From the NCBI GenBank assembly GCA_973895155.1, contig OZ316891.1, positions 20,658,169 to 20,722,168 of the forward strand: 64,000 nucleotides of DNA, written 5' to 3'. The position numbers and the translations under genes were made by a program. The notes beneath the pieces were generated by a model. The model was not told the DNA's origin, ran no database searches, and saw nothing but the letters and a program-made list of their open reading frames with translations. Below are positions 53,305-64,000 of this stretch, piece by piece (position 1 is the first letter of the stretch; each line of letters opens with the position of its first letter). The stretch comes from Marsupella aquatica (lineage: Eukaryota > Plantae > Marchantiophyta).

Positions 53305-56300
53305 TTATGGCCCCCAAGCTTTCTGCGTCTCCTCCCAGCTGCCTCCCCATCTGTATCAACAGGCGAGTACGTTACAATCTTAATCACAAATAACTGCCCG
53401 TGCCTTTCTTATTCATCAGCAATGGTTGTCACATAGTTGATGTTCATAATGATTATACACCAAGTAAAATCTTCAGCTCGTACAAACCTGGGTATCTTAT
53501 GGTCTGGTAATCGAAGGTCCTCCTCTCCGTTGAAAGAGTTCACCATTTTGTCCAAGTTTTCTTGGGAAACCTCTTGTAGAATTGGTGGCTTCCACTGCAA
53601 AAAAAGTTAGATTTTCTTTAGCTCGAAACCAAAACAATTTTTTGGTCACGACTGCTACGGAGAAAGTGTGAAGGCAATTTTCTCAGTCCTGAGACTGCGC
53701 TCGTGAGAAGCCCGAGTTAATGTCTCAACGTTGACCTGATTGCCTACATATGGCGTACCTTAGGTGCGTTGTCTTTTTCAATCACAACCGCTCTTATACC
53801 CTGAAAAATGCATTCGAATAACCACCATAGGACAATAAGTTGGCAGCGATTGGGTCCAAAATTGCTTCGAATTGCAACACTCGCCAAGACATAGAAATTC
53901 CCTTCATGCATGAGCTATGGCTCGCATAGGGTGAAGGACTACACTCACTTCAGGCATCTTAAGCTCCTTTACCGAAAAGACAATTGGAGCGGAAAAAGCT
54001 GATGGCATACCTCATACAGGTCCTCAGAAATTATAGCTCTAAGACAATTGATGGAAAGGCGGAATTCACGGTGCAACACCTCAGGTAGTGTCTGGTTTCT
54101 ACCAGTCCGAATCTGTCAAAGCCACAGGGATCACCTCAGGATTGAAGAGGCCATTCACGTGTACCTGAAATTAGCCAATATCTCCTAAAATCCTTTAAAG
54201 AGTAGATCCTTCAGAATTGCTACATTGCCCAGCCCTTACTATCAAAGTCTCGGACAGGGCCATCTGGCATCTATAAAATATCTCCTTTCTTGCTTAAGGG
54301 GAGACACAATCAAAGCTCCGGGATGAGAGATGGGACATATACCGACTGTAAAACCACTTTCAAAGCTGTGGGAGAGGATCTTTTCAGAATCTTCAGCGGT
54401 TCTTTCAACCATTCTTGACCTGGCTCCTTCACCTCGACCTCCTGCATGGTCAAATGTTAACTTACCTTAAAGCAATCAAGGCAGACGAACAAATGGCTAT
54501 GAATGGCGTAGAAAACTTCATCAGCTATAACTTGTTACACACTCTTTCTGGGAAAGTAACCGTTGCATCTAGTATCCAACCCTTCATTCGTTCAATAGTT
54601 CAACAAAACCTTTGGGATCGGATCAGTGATACGCATTACCCATAACCCAAGAAAAATTACCAGAGATGCTATGATTTCTTCAACGGATGGCTTTGAAAAA
54701 GTTCTGTTTATGACAGCTTGCCGTTCCCTGCACGAGTACCAATGGAGTTCGCATCAGATCACTCAAGTCCAACAGATTTAAAGAACATCGCAGCCCTCAG
54801 GATTGCAAAATTTCAGCTGTGGCCCGCAAATGTTAACAAAACAATGAAAATAACAGTAGGTGCCAGGGCAGCCTAAGCAAAGATCCAGAAAGCTAATGTT
54901 ATATACTGAAGTATTTCCTACATCCCTCTTCCACGCTACCCTTGGCAACAGACAATGAGTACACAGTCTTCAACGCATTTTCGAGATCTACCGCGTAGAG
55001 AGTAGATTAGAAAACAAACTTTTTAAATATGCTGTTTGGGCCAATCTTCGCTGCAACGGCAAAATCATTAATTGCAGCATCAATTTCAGCAGGTTCTCCT
55101 GACTGGAGATCCACCAGTCTTTGCTCCAGGTCGGCCAGTTTCTGCAGGATGTCAAGGGATACGGACTTCAGAATCACAGCAGTCCGAAGCAAAAGTAGCC
55201 AGCATGTATCTCCATGATAATTCTGTAATCAACTGTGGAATAGTCCCACTCCCTGTAACCCAAAAAGATCTCTGCTAACCTCGAATTCATCCCCATCCTA
55301 CATTCTAAACTGAAAGGACCATAATTTTTGGTGGGTTGCGCGTAGGTCCTCTGTATCCTTTACCTCCAGAGGCACATAATGAGTGGCAAGCCCTGACGTG
55401 TGCATCTCAGCTCCATCAAGGCGTGCACCAACCAATGTCAAGTACTCCCCTGAAGGTCCGCAAATGACACATCAGCGCTTTCCTTCCCTCAACTCTTTGG
55501 AAGTCATAACCCTTACCGATGTAGAGTGAATGACCACAATCATTATCATCCTCTCAAAGAAAAAAGCATGAAGCAATGATACTTTGCTGAAATAAGTTCA
55601 CTCAATTCACCACACTAACTCAATAGGTGCTGCTTCTTATTATTCAATATTGCATCCATAAAAACTGTTCAAGGTAGAAAATTGATGCGGTGCCGCATAC
55701 CAATCGAGCCTGGAAGACGGGAAAGCCAGTAGGATGCTCCAACATCAGTGTGAAAGCCAATTGCAACTTCTGGCATGGAAAATATCTGCTTCCAATGCAC
55801 CCAACCAAAAGCTTAGGAAAGAGCGAAGCGGATGCCCATAATAGACGAAGTTATTCAGTGGTTTTTCAGTCACGAAAGTTCTTCTGAATCCTCGACCTTC
55901 GAATAGGGGAAAAAAACAGTCCCAGATGATGACCTCCCAAATGCAATTGAATTCTGTTGGACTTATCCAGCCTATTCTTCACCTCACGGATATAAAAAAT
56001 ATCCCACTTACAGTTTTCTCTGTTGCAACTCTGAAGCGGCCAAGTATTGACAAGCCTGCACCTCCACCCATGACGAGTCCGTGCCAGAGGGCAACCTGCT
56101 CGAGAGCAATATCATAATCATAATCGGATTCCATTGTTCATTGTAACCTATTCAATTTGGCCAAAAAACGACTCCCACATTTGCAATGCCTCCAGTAGCA
56201 ATAGTTTTTCAAGTACATGTTGGCTGCCGGAGATTAAATCATCATCTCTATCGAACCGTTCCTCGTGTTGAGAAGCAGACAAAATAAATGCACACTAAAG

Positions 56301-59300
56301 GTCTACATGAACGTCTGTCTTTCGTTTTTGTTGTGAATGTGTGTCAATACTTTTTGACGAATGGTGGGACATTGCTTACTTGAGGTTTCTTATAAGTGGA
56401 TATGTGGTAATCAAACCAGTACTTGCGATACACCACCGATCTCCATCCTTCATCTGCATTAACGGACAGCCTATTACTTGTTTATGTAAATGGTGAAACA
56501 ACCAGTTTGAAGTTTTTGGTAATCTCCAGACCTAGCAAACCAAAGCTCCTACCGATTTGTTAGTCTTGAATATTAACGTTCATGTCGTTTACAGCACAGG
56601 ACCTCAGACGTAACCACGTTACGAAACGTACTTGATTTGCCGTGTACGTAGAACATGTTTAAATCACCGCCTGCGCAGAAGACACGTCCACTCCCCTGCA
56701 AAATTGAATGATCAACAGGTTGTGCCCGTCATGTCATCAACAATACATTTCAAAATCTGGATATAGGAGAACTGATTTAAATAGAAGGCACGCTTCCTTA
56801 ATGAAAATGAATGCCTGGTAGGATTCTAGCGCCATTTCCATTGACATTCAAAAGTGACTCAGCATTTAGACAAAGGGAAAACTAGGGACCTTCAGTATGA
56901 TCATCTTCGTGGAGTCATCGTCCTCCCACCTTCTGTACTCATCGATCATCTTCGTAATCTGTGTAGGACATGGCAGAAGCCCATTACAAAAGACTGGACA
57001 AGAACACTAGCAAGTCCTCCTATGCTAGCCATATATATCTCACTAGCCCCATTCCCATGGGTTGTACTAAAGATGTTGAGTGAGGTCAAGATGTTGAGTG
57101 ATGTCAAGATGAGAAAAAGATTTTGACTTAAAGCAAAATGTCAAAGTGAGAGCAAGATTTCAAGTGAGGGCAAGATGTTGAGATGAGAGCAAGATTTCAA
57201 GGTGAAGACAAGATGTCGAGGTGAGGGCAAGATTATGAGTGAGGACTGGATCTTGAGGTGAATGCAACATTTTGAGGTGAGGGCAAGATGGCGAGTGAGG
57301 GCAAGATGTTGAGGCAAGCCGAGGTAAGATGTCGAGGAGAGACCAAGATATCGAGGAGAGAGTAAGATGTCGAGGAGATGCAAAAATGTCGAGGAGAGAC
57401 AAAGATGTCGAGGCGAGGGCCAGATGTCAAGGAGAGACAAAGATGTTCAAGCAAAGGCAAGATGTCGAGGGGAGGGAAATATGTCAAGGAGAGGCAAAAA
57501 CGTTTAGATAAGAGCAAGATGTCAAGGCAAAGGCCAAATATCGAGGAGACGCAAAGATGTTGAGGCGAGGGCAAGGTGTCAAGGAGAGACAAAGATGTCA
57601 AGGAGAGGTTAAGATGCCCAGGAGATGCAAAGATGTTGAGGCGAGAACAAGATGTCAAGGAGAGGCATACAGTAGATGTTCAGGCGAGGGCAAGATGTCG
57701 AGGCAAAGGCCAGATGTCGAGGAGAGACAAAGATGTTAAGGCGAGGGCAAGATATCAAGGAGAGACAAAGATGTCGAGGAAAGAGTAAGATGTTGAGGAG
57801 ATGCAAAAACGTTGAGACAAGGACAAGATGTCGAGGCACGGGCAAGATGTCAAGGGAAAGGAAAGAGGTCAAGCAAGGTCAAACCAAGGTCAAAGCAAAG
57901 CAAAGCAAAAGACAAATAATTACTAAGAATGACAATGTTTAGAAATAAATTAAAGGAAATAAAAACAAAACCACAAACACAAAAGGCAAAGGGGGAGAAA
58001 CCCAACATACAAAAAGGAGTTAGAGGAAATAGTATCTAGAGTTATTAATAGAGTTTTACAGATCAAAGGTCAACAAAAAAATTCTTTTTCATCCAATGGT
58101 TGAGGTTTAGGGTCCAAAAAGTTTGACATGCCCCAAAAGTTTATGGTTGGGATGTGTGTAATTACTTTAATAAAAGAGAGATACATTTTAGATGATGTCA
58201 CATAAAAATCATGTCATGTATTCTGTATCACACTATAAAGAGAAGTATATCATTTGACCTGGTCAATCAATCCAAGAGAAAACAAAAAACTTAAAAATAA
58301 TCTGACGGCTGAGTGTTGCTTCCCTCCATTTTCAAGTTTGTAAGCGAACTAAAGTACTTTTTGGTAATCTGACGGCTGAGGTTGATTCCCTCCATTTCCA
58401 AGTTTGTAAGCGTACTAAAGTACTTTTTGGCAGGACTTTTACTTTTTGGCAGGACTTTTTGGCCGCATTGCATATTATAGATGTAGATTAGAAAAGTCAT
58501 GGCCGCATTGCATATTATAGATGTAGATTAGAAAAGTCAGACAAGGAAAACATTCAGAAATGGAGGTGTAGTGGGTGAAACAGTGTCTGATTCAATTTTA
58601 GCACCAAGGACTACAGCTCGACAAGAAGCGGGCCAAGGCACAATTGATAATTCACTTGCAAGTGGAACGCGGTAGACGGAGACAATTAGTTTCGCCAGGT
58701 AAATGTTTGAGCTCCTACCATTGGTACTGTGAGGGTGTTGAGCTTGCTGGGCCGATTGAGTGTCACAAATTTCACACCATTTTTCTCTGCCACCAGAAGC
58801 TGTTCAAGAAACAGTGGGCGAGAGGTCAGGTGAACTTCAGCAAAGTGAAGCGCCTTTGTTGAATCCGACAAATGGGACGAATTTGGAAAATTATTGAGAA
58901 CAAGCACCTCGATGAACTGCCCGACACAGCTCGTCTAGCTGAGTGCGACACACGGCTACCATCTTAGCTTAAAAACATTCCCTGATTCTGCTCTCTCCAC
59001 TTCAACAAGAGTAGACAATTGCAATTTCTTTGTAATGTCTTACCGGTTCTTCCGGCGCAGGATTTCCACCATTCTGTTCGCGGTCTGTGTTAACCATCTC
59101 TGCTGCTCCCGTTGGCCGGCCCGCGGGAACCAAATTACGTATCACCGAGAAGCTGCCAGCAATCCTGCGAAATAAAGCAGCGGCTATCAGTCACTAACAA
59201 GACAACAAATCCTGAATCCGCCAATTCATGTGCGTTCTTCTACCTCAGATAGATTTGGTAGAGGAAAGAAGGGTAACGCATTTCAGATAGACAGAATAAA

Positions 59301-60232
59301 AGTCGAAAACAGAATAGATCATGACAGGATTCTTCAAAGTTCAGTGATGTCAGGGCAAAGGATGTTTAAGTCCAGCTCACAATTCGCAGCGACAGAATGT
59401 CTTAGTGGGTCCGTAGAAGAACTAGAGAAATCAATATGCGCAAGTTAACGAAGCTCCGAAAATGAATACATGCTTCCTTTCAAATGTTGAGGGCTTTGCA
59501 GATCAATACTTCGATGCGTGCTAAGTGACCCCGGCCAGAACTAAACAGGGGTGCAGTCATAGAACTGAACATGCCCATTGAACGAGGCTCACAGCGAAAT
59601 CCCAGAACTGATTGGAAGAAATCTCCAGCCACCGAATGGACTTCAAAGAACGAATGTATAGGTAATTATTGACCCACGCCAAGATCGTGATTCTAGGGTG
59701 GACTGGTCACGACGCTACGATGTGATCCGTCTACCCATCAGGCCCCCTTTTCTAAGTGAAACCTCACATCAAGGGACCACTCCGTGAATTATTGCACGGG
59801 TTTGAAATCACATATCACAAAGATTCTGTGGCAAAACGACAAATGGGAAAGGGTGTGGAGAAATGATTCATTCCAACAGGTGCCACAGTTCCTCGACCGA
59901 AATTAAGGGATCTTGAGGAATCGGAAATTCCGACAGCAGAGCGTGATCTCTCCCACCTTGTTTCACAGGCACTGCATTTGCTACCAACTTCCACACTTTG
60001 AAGAAACGCGCATGAGCTCAACAAACTTACGATTCGTCCGCAAGCAATGCAACGCGACGGGTCACTCAGTCCCCTACCTGCAACGAGGCGAAGCAGATGA
60101 CGCGTCCCGGCGGAGGAGGCACAGGTTGGAGCTGCTTCGACAGTGGCTTGTTGTTGGACCTGTTGTTCTATCAATGCAGACCAAATGTGGGGAATGTGTT
60201 AGAGGACGAACAAGATCGAGAGGACAGTGCAT
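53305..60232 (-). CDS. 3-hydroxyisobutyryl-CoA hydrolase-like protein (crotonase superfamily)
   Basis: In-frame exons 59044-59164, 58719-58799 ([10 protein letters not shown]), 56890-56958, 56632-56695 (GRVFCAGGD), 56380-56453, 56012-56095 (GLVMGGGAG), 55701-55785 ([15 protein letters not shown]), 55364-55449, 55020-55141, 54661-54727, 54343-54441 (SSPTALK), 54011-54112, 53759-53800 ([14 protein letters not shown]), 53488-53594, 53305-53350. The start is uncertain: ATG 60232 (exon 60078-60232) or ATG 59097. Confidence 0.9.
57043..58487 (-). mobile_element. Probable non-autonomous Helitron in a hydrolase intron, carrying an AAGATGTC minisatellite
   Basis: 5' end A|TCTACATCTATAATA at 58487 (duplicated at 58527); CTAG|T at 57043-57046 with a decayed hairpin; ~19-20-bp caagatgtcgagg.gag repeats over 57070-57870. 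Confidence 0.55.
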
Positions 60233-61143
60233 TGGACGTCGGTTTGACCCAACAAAGAATTCTTCGGTGGTTGATACTGAAACAGGGGAAGGACGATGTC
60301 ACGGTGGTGGTGGTCTTGCGGCAATGGACCAACCTGGGTGGAGGCCGATGGACCGTGCCGTTCCGCACCGACTGAACAGGTGACGAGAGGTGAGAAAGAG
60401 TCCTCGAGCGACTAGTGCGACAGGGCTACAAAATGTTGTCGATCAGCCAAATGAAAGACTCCACTCTAGTCCCTAAAAATAGCTCTGCACAATTCCTGGT
60501 CGAAGCAGAAGGGGGAGCATTTCCAATAATGGAGGCGGGAGAGATGTAATCATAGGCTCTCAAATTATTATTTCAAAGCGAGATTGCTGTGCGAATTGGG
60601 CGGGTCAGCGGGTGCGTTTGGTGAGGTCAAGCGAATGTCTCTCTGACCACTGTTGCGCACTCTGGAACGTGCGTTTGGTGAAGGTCGGGAGAATTTTTGT
60701 GACGATCGTTTGGGCAGTGGAGAAGGACAAATGTGTGAATTTGGCAAGACGGGCGGATTATTGGCAGCAGGAATGATATTATTATTTTGCATATGGCTGG
60801 CCGTGTGGGTTGTTGGTCGAGCAAAGCAGAGAGGTGAGAGTGGGGTGGGAGCTATGGTGTGGGGCCTCGCGTGCCACCAACCAGCACCACAGTCGTGATT
60901 GCCTGCGAGAGCTTACATGCTTTGGGTGTGGGAAGAAATACATTATTGTGTATCATCATTTTTTGCTTTTTAGACATATGCAACTGATCTAATTTTCTTG
61001 TGGCAAATAAAAGGGTACACATTGACTAGGAAAATTAGAAGTCTATGATATTGAAAAGTTGTGTACAAGACTAAAAATATACATCTAAAAAATAATAATA
61101 ATGACCAGGAAAAGGTCAAGTCTACTATATTGGGCTGTGCACA

Positions 61144-61551
61144 TCTTACTAATAAAGCACGAATTGCAACCTACTTTCCACAAGCTAGGGTCTAGAGTGA
61201 AACCTCCTCTAGACAGTAACTCTATGGTCATCATGTGTATGAGAAAAACTTATTACATGACTATGATGTATGGACATGTCAATTTTATGTGATAATTTTT
61301 AAATATTAATATTCAAAAAATATAGGTAGTATGGCCCCACCACAACATATGTGCATAGAACATGGATGTGCATACAAAAAGCATGATGTGCACATCAAAG
61401 AGAATGATATATTATATATGACTATTAAAATGATGTGTTTTTTTTTATCATTTCATTAATCTTCAAAGAATATGAATAGATAATATATTTTGATAGTTCT
61501 TTTATTGTCCTCTTCGCTATTCATGTTCAAAGAACGGGTAATCCGGGCTAG
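61144..61551 (+). mobile_element. Small non-autonomous Helitron-like element (~408 bp)
   Basis: A|TCTTACTAATAAAGC start; gttcaaagaac hairpin followed by CTAG|T at 61548-61552. Confidence 0.55.
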
Positions 61552-62489
61552 TAATGTACATGAGTAGAGATACTATGTACTTACCTTAGGGAATGACACT
61601 CAAATTAATTAAAACCATAAATTTAGTAAACAAAACCATGAGGAGAACTTAAAGACACAGGAGTGCACATTATTTGGATAATTTCTCCTTCACTCATGAG
61701 AATAATGGCTAGAAATTCCATGAGCTTTGTTAAAGGGTGGATGCTCTTAAATGTAGCAAAGTTTACAAAATTTAGAGAGGTGCGAGCATAAATTCAAAAT
61801 CTAAACTATACAAGGGATGCACCTTGTTAAGACACATTGAAATAAAAATACACAACAAAAAGAAGTTTGAATAAGACAAAATGGTGAAAGGTGTATTCTC
61901 CATATATAGCATGTTCATCGTGTAACATTGTGGAGAAGCATCTTGGACTTTGAGAGAACCATAATTTATAGAATAAAATTAATTAGTTAATCTTGCTAGT
62001 AGTTACGAGAACCATAATGTATACCAAAACATAAATTAATCTTGCTCTAGTGAGGAGGGTGACATCCACTTTTTGGTTCACTGAGAAGCCCACACAGAAC
62101 CTATTTTTCTAAATGATTGTATCTCACTAAGATTGAACATATCAGGTGGTGGTGTCATGGCCCACCACAAGCCCATTTTGTTTGTCTTCTCCCTGGCTTT
62201 TTTGGCCCTTAGGTTTGTCCCCCCTTGATTGGGTCTCTGTCATGAGGGATCGTGTATCCCGGTTGGACTCTCTTTGTTTTTTGGGCAGTTTGAAATATAT
62301 TTTTGAAATTCTTCTTCTTTGTCCTTCCTTGTCTCCTCCAAGAGCCACTAGCCATGACAATATCTAGATTCACCAGGTTTCATTTTTAGTACATTTGGTT
62401 TCACCATTTTTAGTACATTTTTCCTGAAATTGTGGAGCAAAGTGAAAAAGGGAGAAATCTTGGACTCTTCCCCTTTATATGGCTAGTGG

Positions 62490-63005
62490 TGGTTTCAGCT
62501 GTTTCTACATACTTCCTTTCACCTTCAGCATCTTCTTTTAGTTTATCATCTGGTTGAGCTCCTTGGTTTCTTTGAGTTCTCCTTCATTCTGTCTTTTTGC
62601 TTGAGCTTCTTCTTCTTCGTCCCTTGTTTCCTTCAGCTGTTTCTAGAGTCTTCTTTTCAGCTTCAAAGTTTTCCCCGACAACTTCATTTTGTCTGTCATC
62701 TCCTTGAGCTCCTCTGTTTTCTTTGTCTGCTTCATTCTTCCGTCTTTCTTCTTGAGCTTCTTTCTTATTCTTCCCTCATCTCCTTCAGCTGTTTCTACAG
62801 TCTTCCTTTCGGCTTTAGTGTCTTCATTTTGTCCGTTGTCTCCTTAAGCTCTTTCATTTTCTTTGTCTTTTTCTTTTGCCGTCTTCCATCTTTCTTCTTG
62901 AGCTTCTTTCTCCTTTGTCCATTGTCTCCTTCAGCTGTTTCTACAATCTCCCTTTCAGCTTCTGCGTTTTCTTTTTCATCCGTCGTCTCCTTCAGCTTCT
63001 TTGTT
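62490..63005. repeat. ~140-150-bp pyrimidine-rich degenerate tandem repeat
   Basis: ttcagctgtttcta-like anchor at ~62494, 62632, 62783 and 62930; Glu/Lys-rich but broken reading frames on minus. Confidence 0.7.
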
Positions 63006-63276
63006 AAAAACGTCCAAGTGATGCTTCACCCAAGAGCACTTTTAGTTATGATTTCATCCTGGAGGGGTAGACTATCTAATTTTTTTTTAACCAAGTGTGA
63101 TCCAAAATATGTATTTTTGATAGAAATTAGCCCAAAAAAATTAAAATCATAGTAGACAAAAGAAGGTATGATAAACTTGCATTTATAGAATATTCTCTAA
63201 GATGTAGCTTCTATATAGTCAAATAGGTAATTAATATGAAAGTGAAGCCTGGATGGACCACCATGTTTGACACAAT

Positions 63277-63637
63277 TGTTGAGCATAGATGACAATCACA
63301 ACAATTTGAGGTTAGGACCCAGGTTAGGATGGACACATCCAACGCGCAAGTAGTCGACACAAGAGATACGTGGTTCACCTCCTTGAGGTTACGTCCTCGG
63401 GAACACACAAGAGAGCTTTACTGAACTCTAAGCTTGTCGACCATACCAAGTCTCCACAGTGTAAGCTCTCCTCATCTCTCAAGTGGCTCTATAACAATGA
63501 GCCTAAGTTTCACTTATCCAAGAAAACACCACTTGGCATATAGTGTGCATCCTAGTTAACCTAACCACGTCTCCAACTATGGTTAGCCTAACTATGGTTA
63601 CATGTCGTAATCCTAGACCTTGAATAAATACCGAGCA
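63277..63637 (-). mobile_element. Solo LTR of the same copia family as 3845-4301
   Basis: TG...CA termini with a perfect 5-bp TSD ACAAT (63272-63276 and 63638-63642); shares gcaagtagtcgacacaagagatacgtggttcacctccttgagg and downstream blocks with the first LTR. Confidence 0.92.
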
Positions 63638-64000
63638 ACAATGCTCCTGGGACCACATTTTGGTGGACCATGGGAGTTTTGGGCTTATAATTTAATGATT
63701 ATAAAAATATAGATTTTCACCGGCAAGGCAACTACTCGGGCAACTAGAGAAGGTGGAGACACAAAAAAACAAGCCCTAATATTTCATATTAATGCAATGA
63801 GAATTAATCTAATACAATTAGTCCTCCGCATTCCATGATGAATAATTCAACCAAAATGGCTAAGAAATCACTTTTGCTTTGATGGAAGTGTAGCTTACTT
63901 ACTCCTCTAGCACATCCTCAAAACTTAAAAAATAGTTGAATTTATGAACATCAAATTATACAATTAAACTCAAATTTTGGGAAATGTGGTCCATGGGGTT

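Noticed and set aside
62601-63152. 183-aa Phe/Ser/Leu-rich ORF resembling a membrane protein
   Set aside because: It is a compositional artefact of a pyrimidine-rich repeat, with a non-ATG start and no family motif.

Overview
Eukaryotic nuclear DNA with GT-AG introns, most likely from a non-seed land plant such as a bryophyte (an inference from gene content). Four intact-looking genes: a 14-exon HslU (ClpY) AAA+ ATPase with an N-terminal targeting-like extension (minus), ubiquitin-RPS27A (minus), a large PCH1-like protein (plus) and a 3-hydroxyisobutyryl-CoA hydrolase-like gene (minus). Between them lie a truncated Ty1/copia element and a related solo LTR with a 5-bp TSD, probable non-autonomous Helitrons, TIR elements and more than ten different tandem arrays. 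The 33.3-42.2 kb block holds decayed host-gene pieces: four GAPDH exons, an NDUFA1 5' fragment and an intronless aminopeptidase N copy. The most striking signal is that the 48-bp array at 40.6-42.2 kb is built from the aminopeptidase codons lying between the GAMEN and HEXXH motifs, i.e. a satellite born from coding sequence. All calls come from reading the sequence by eye; no database searches were run.
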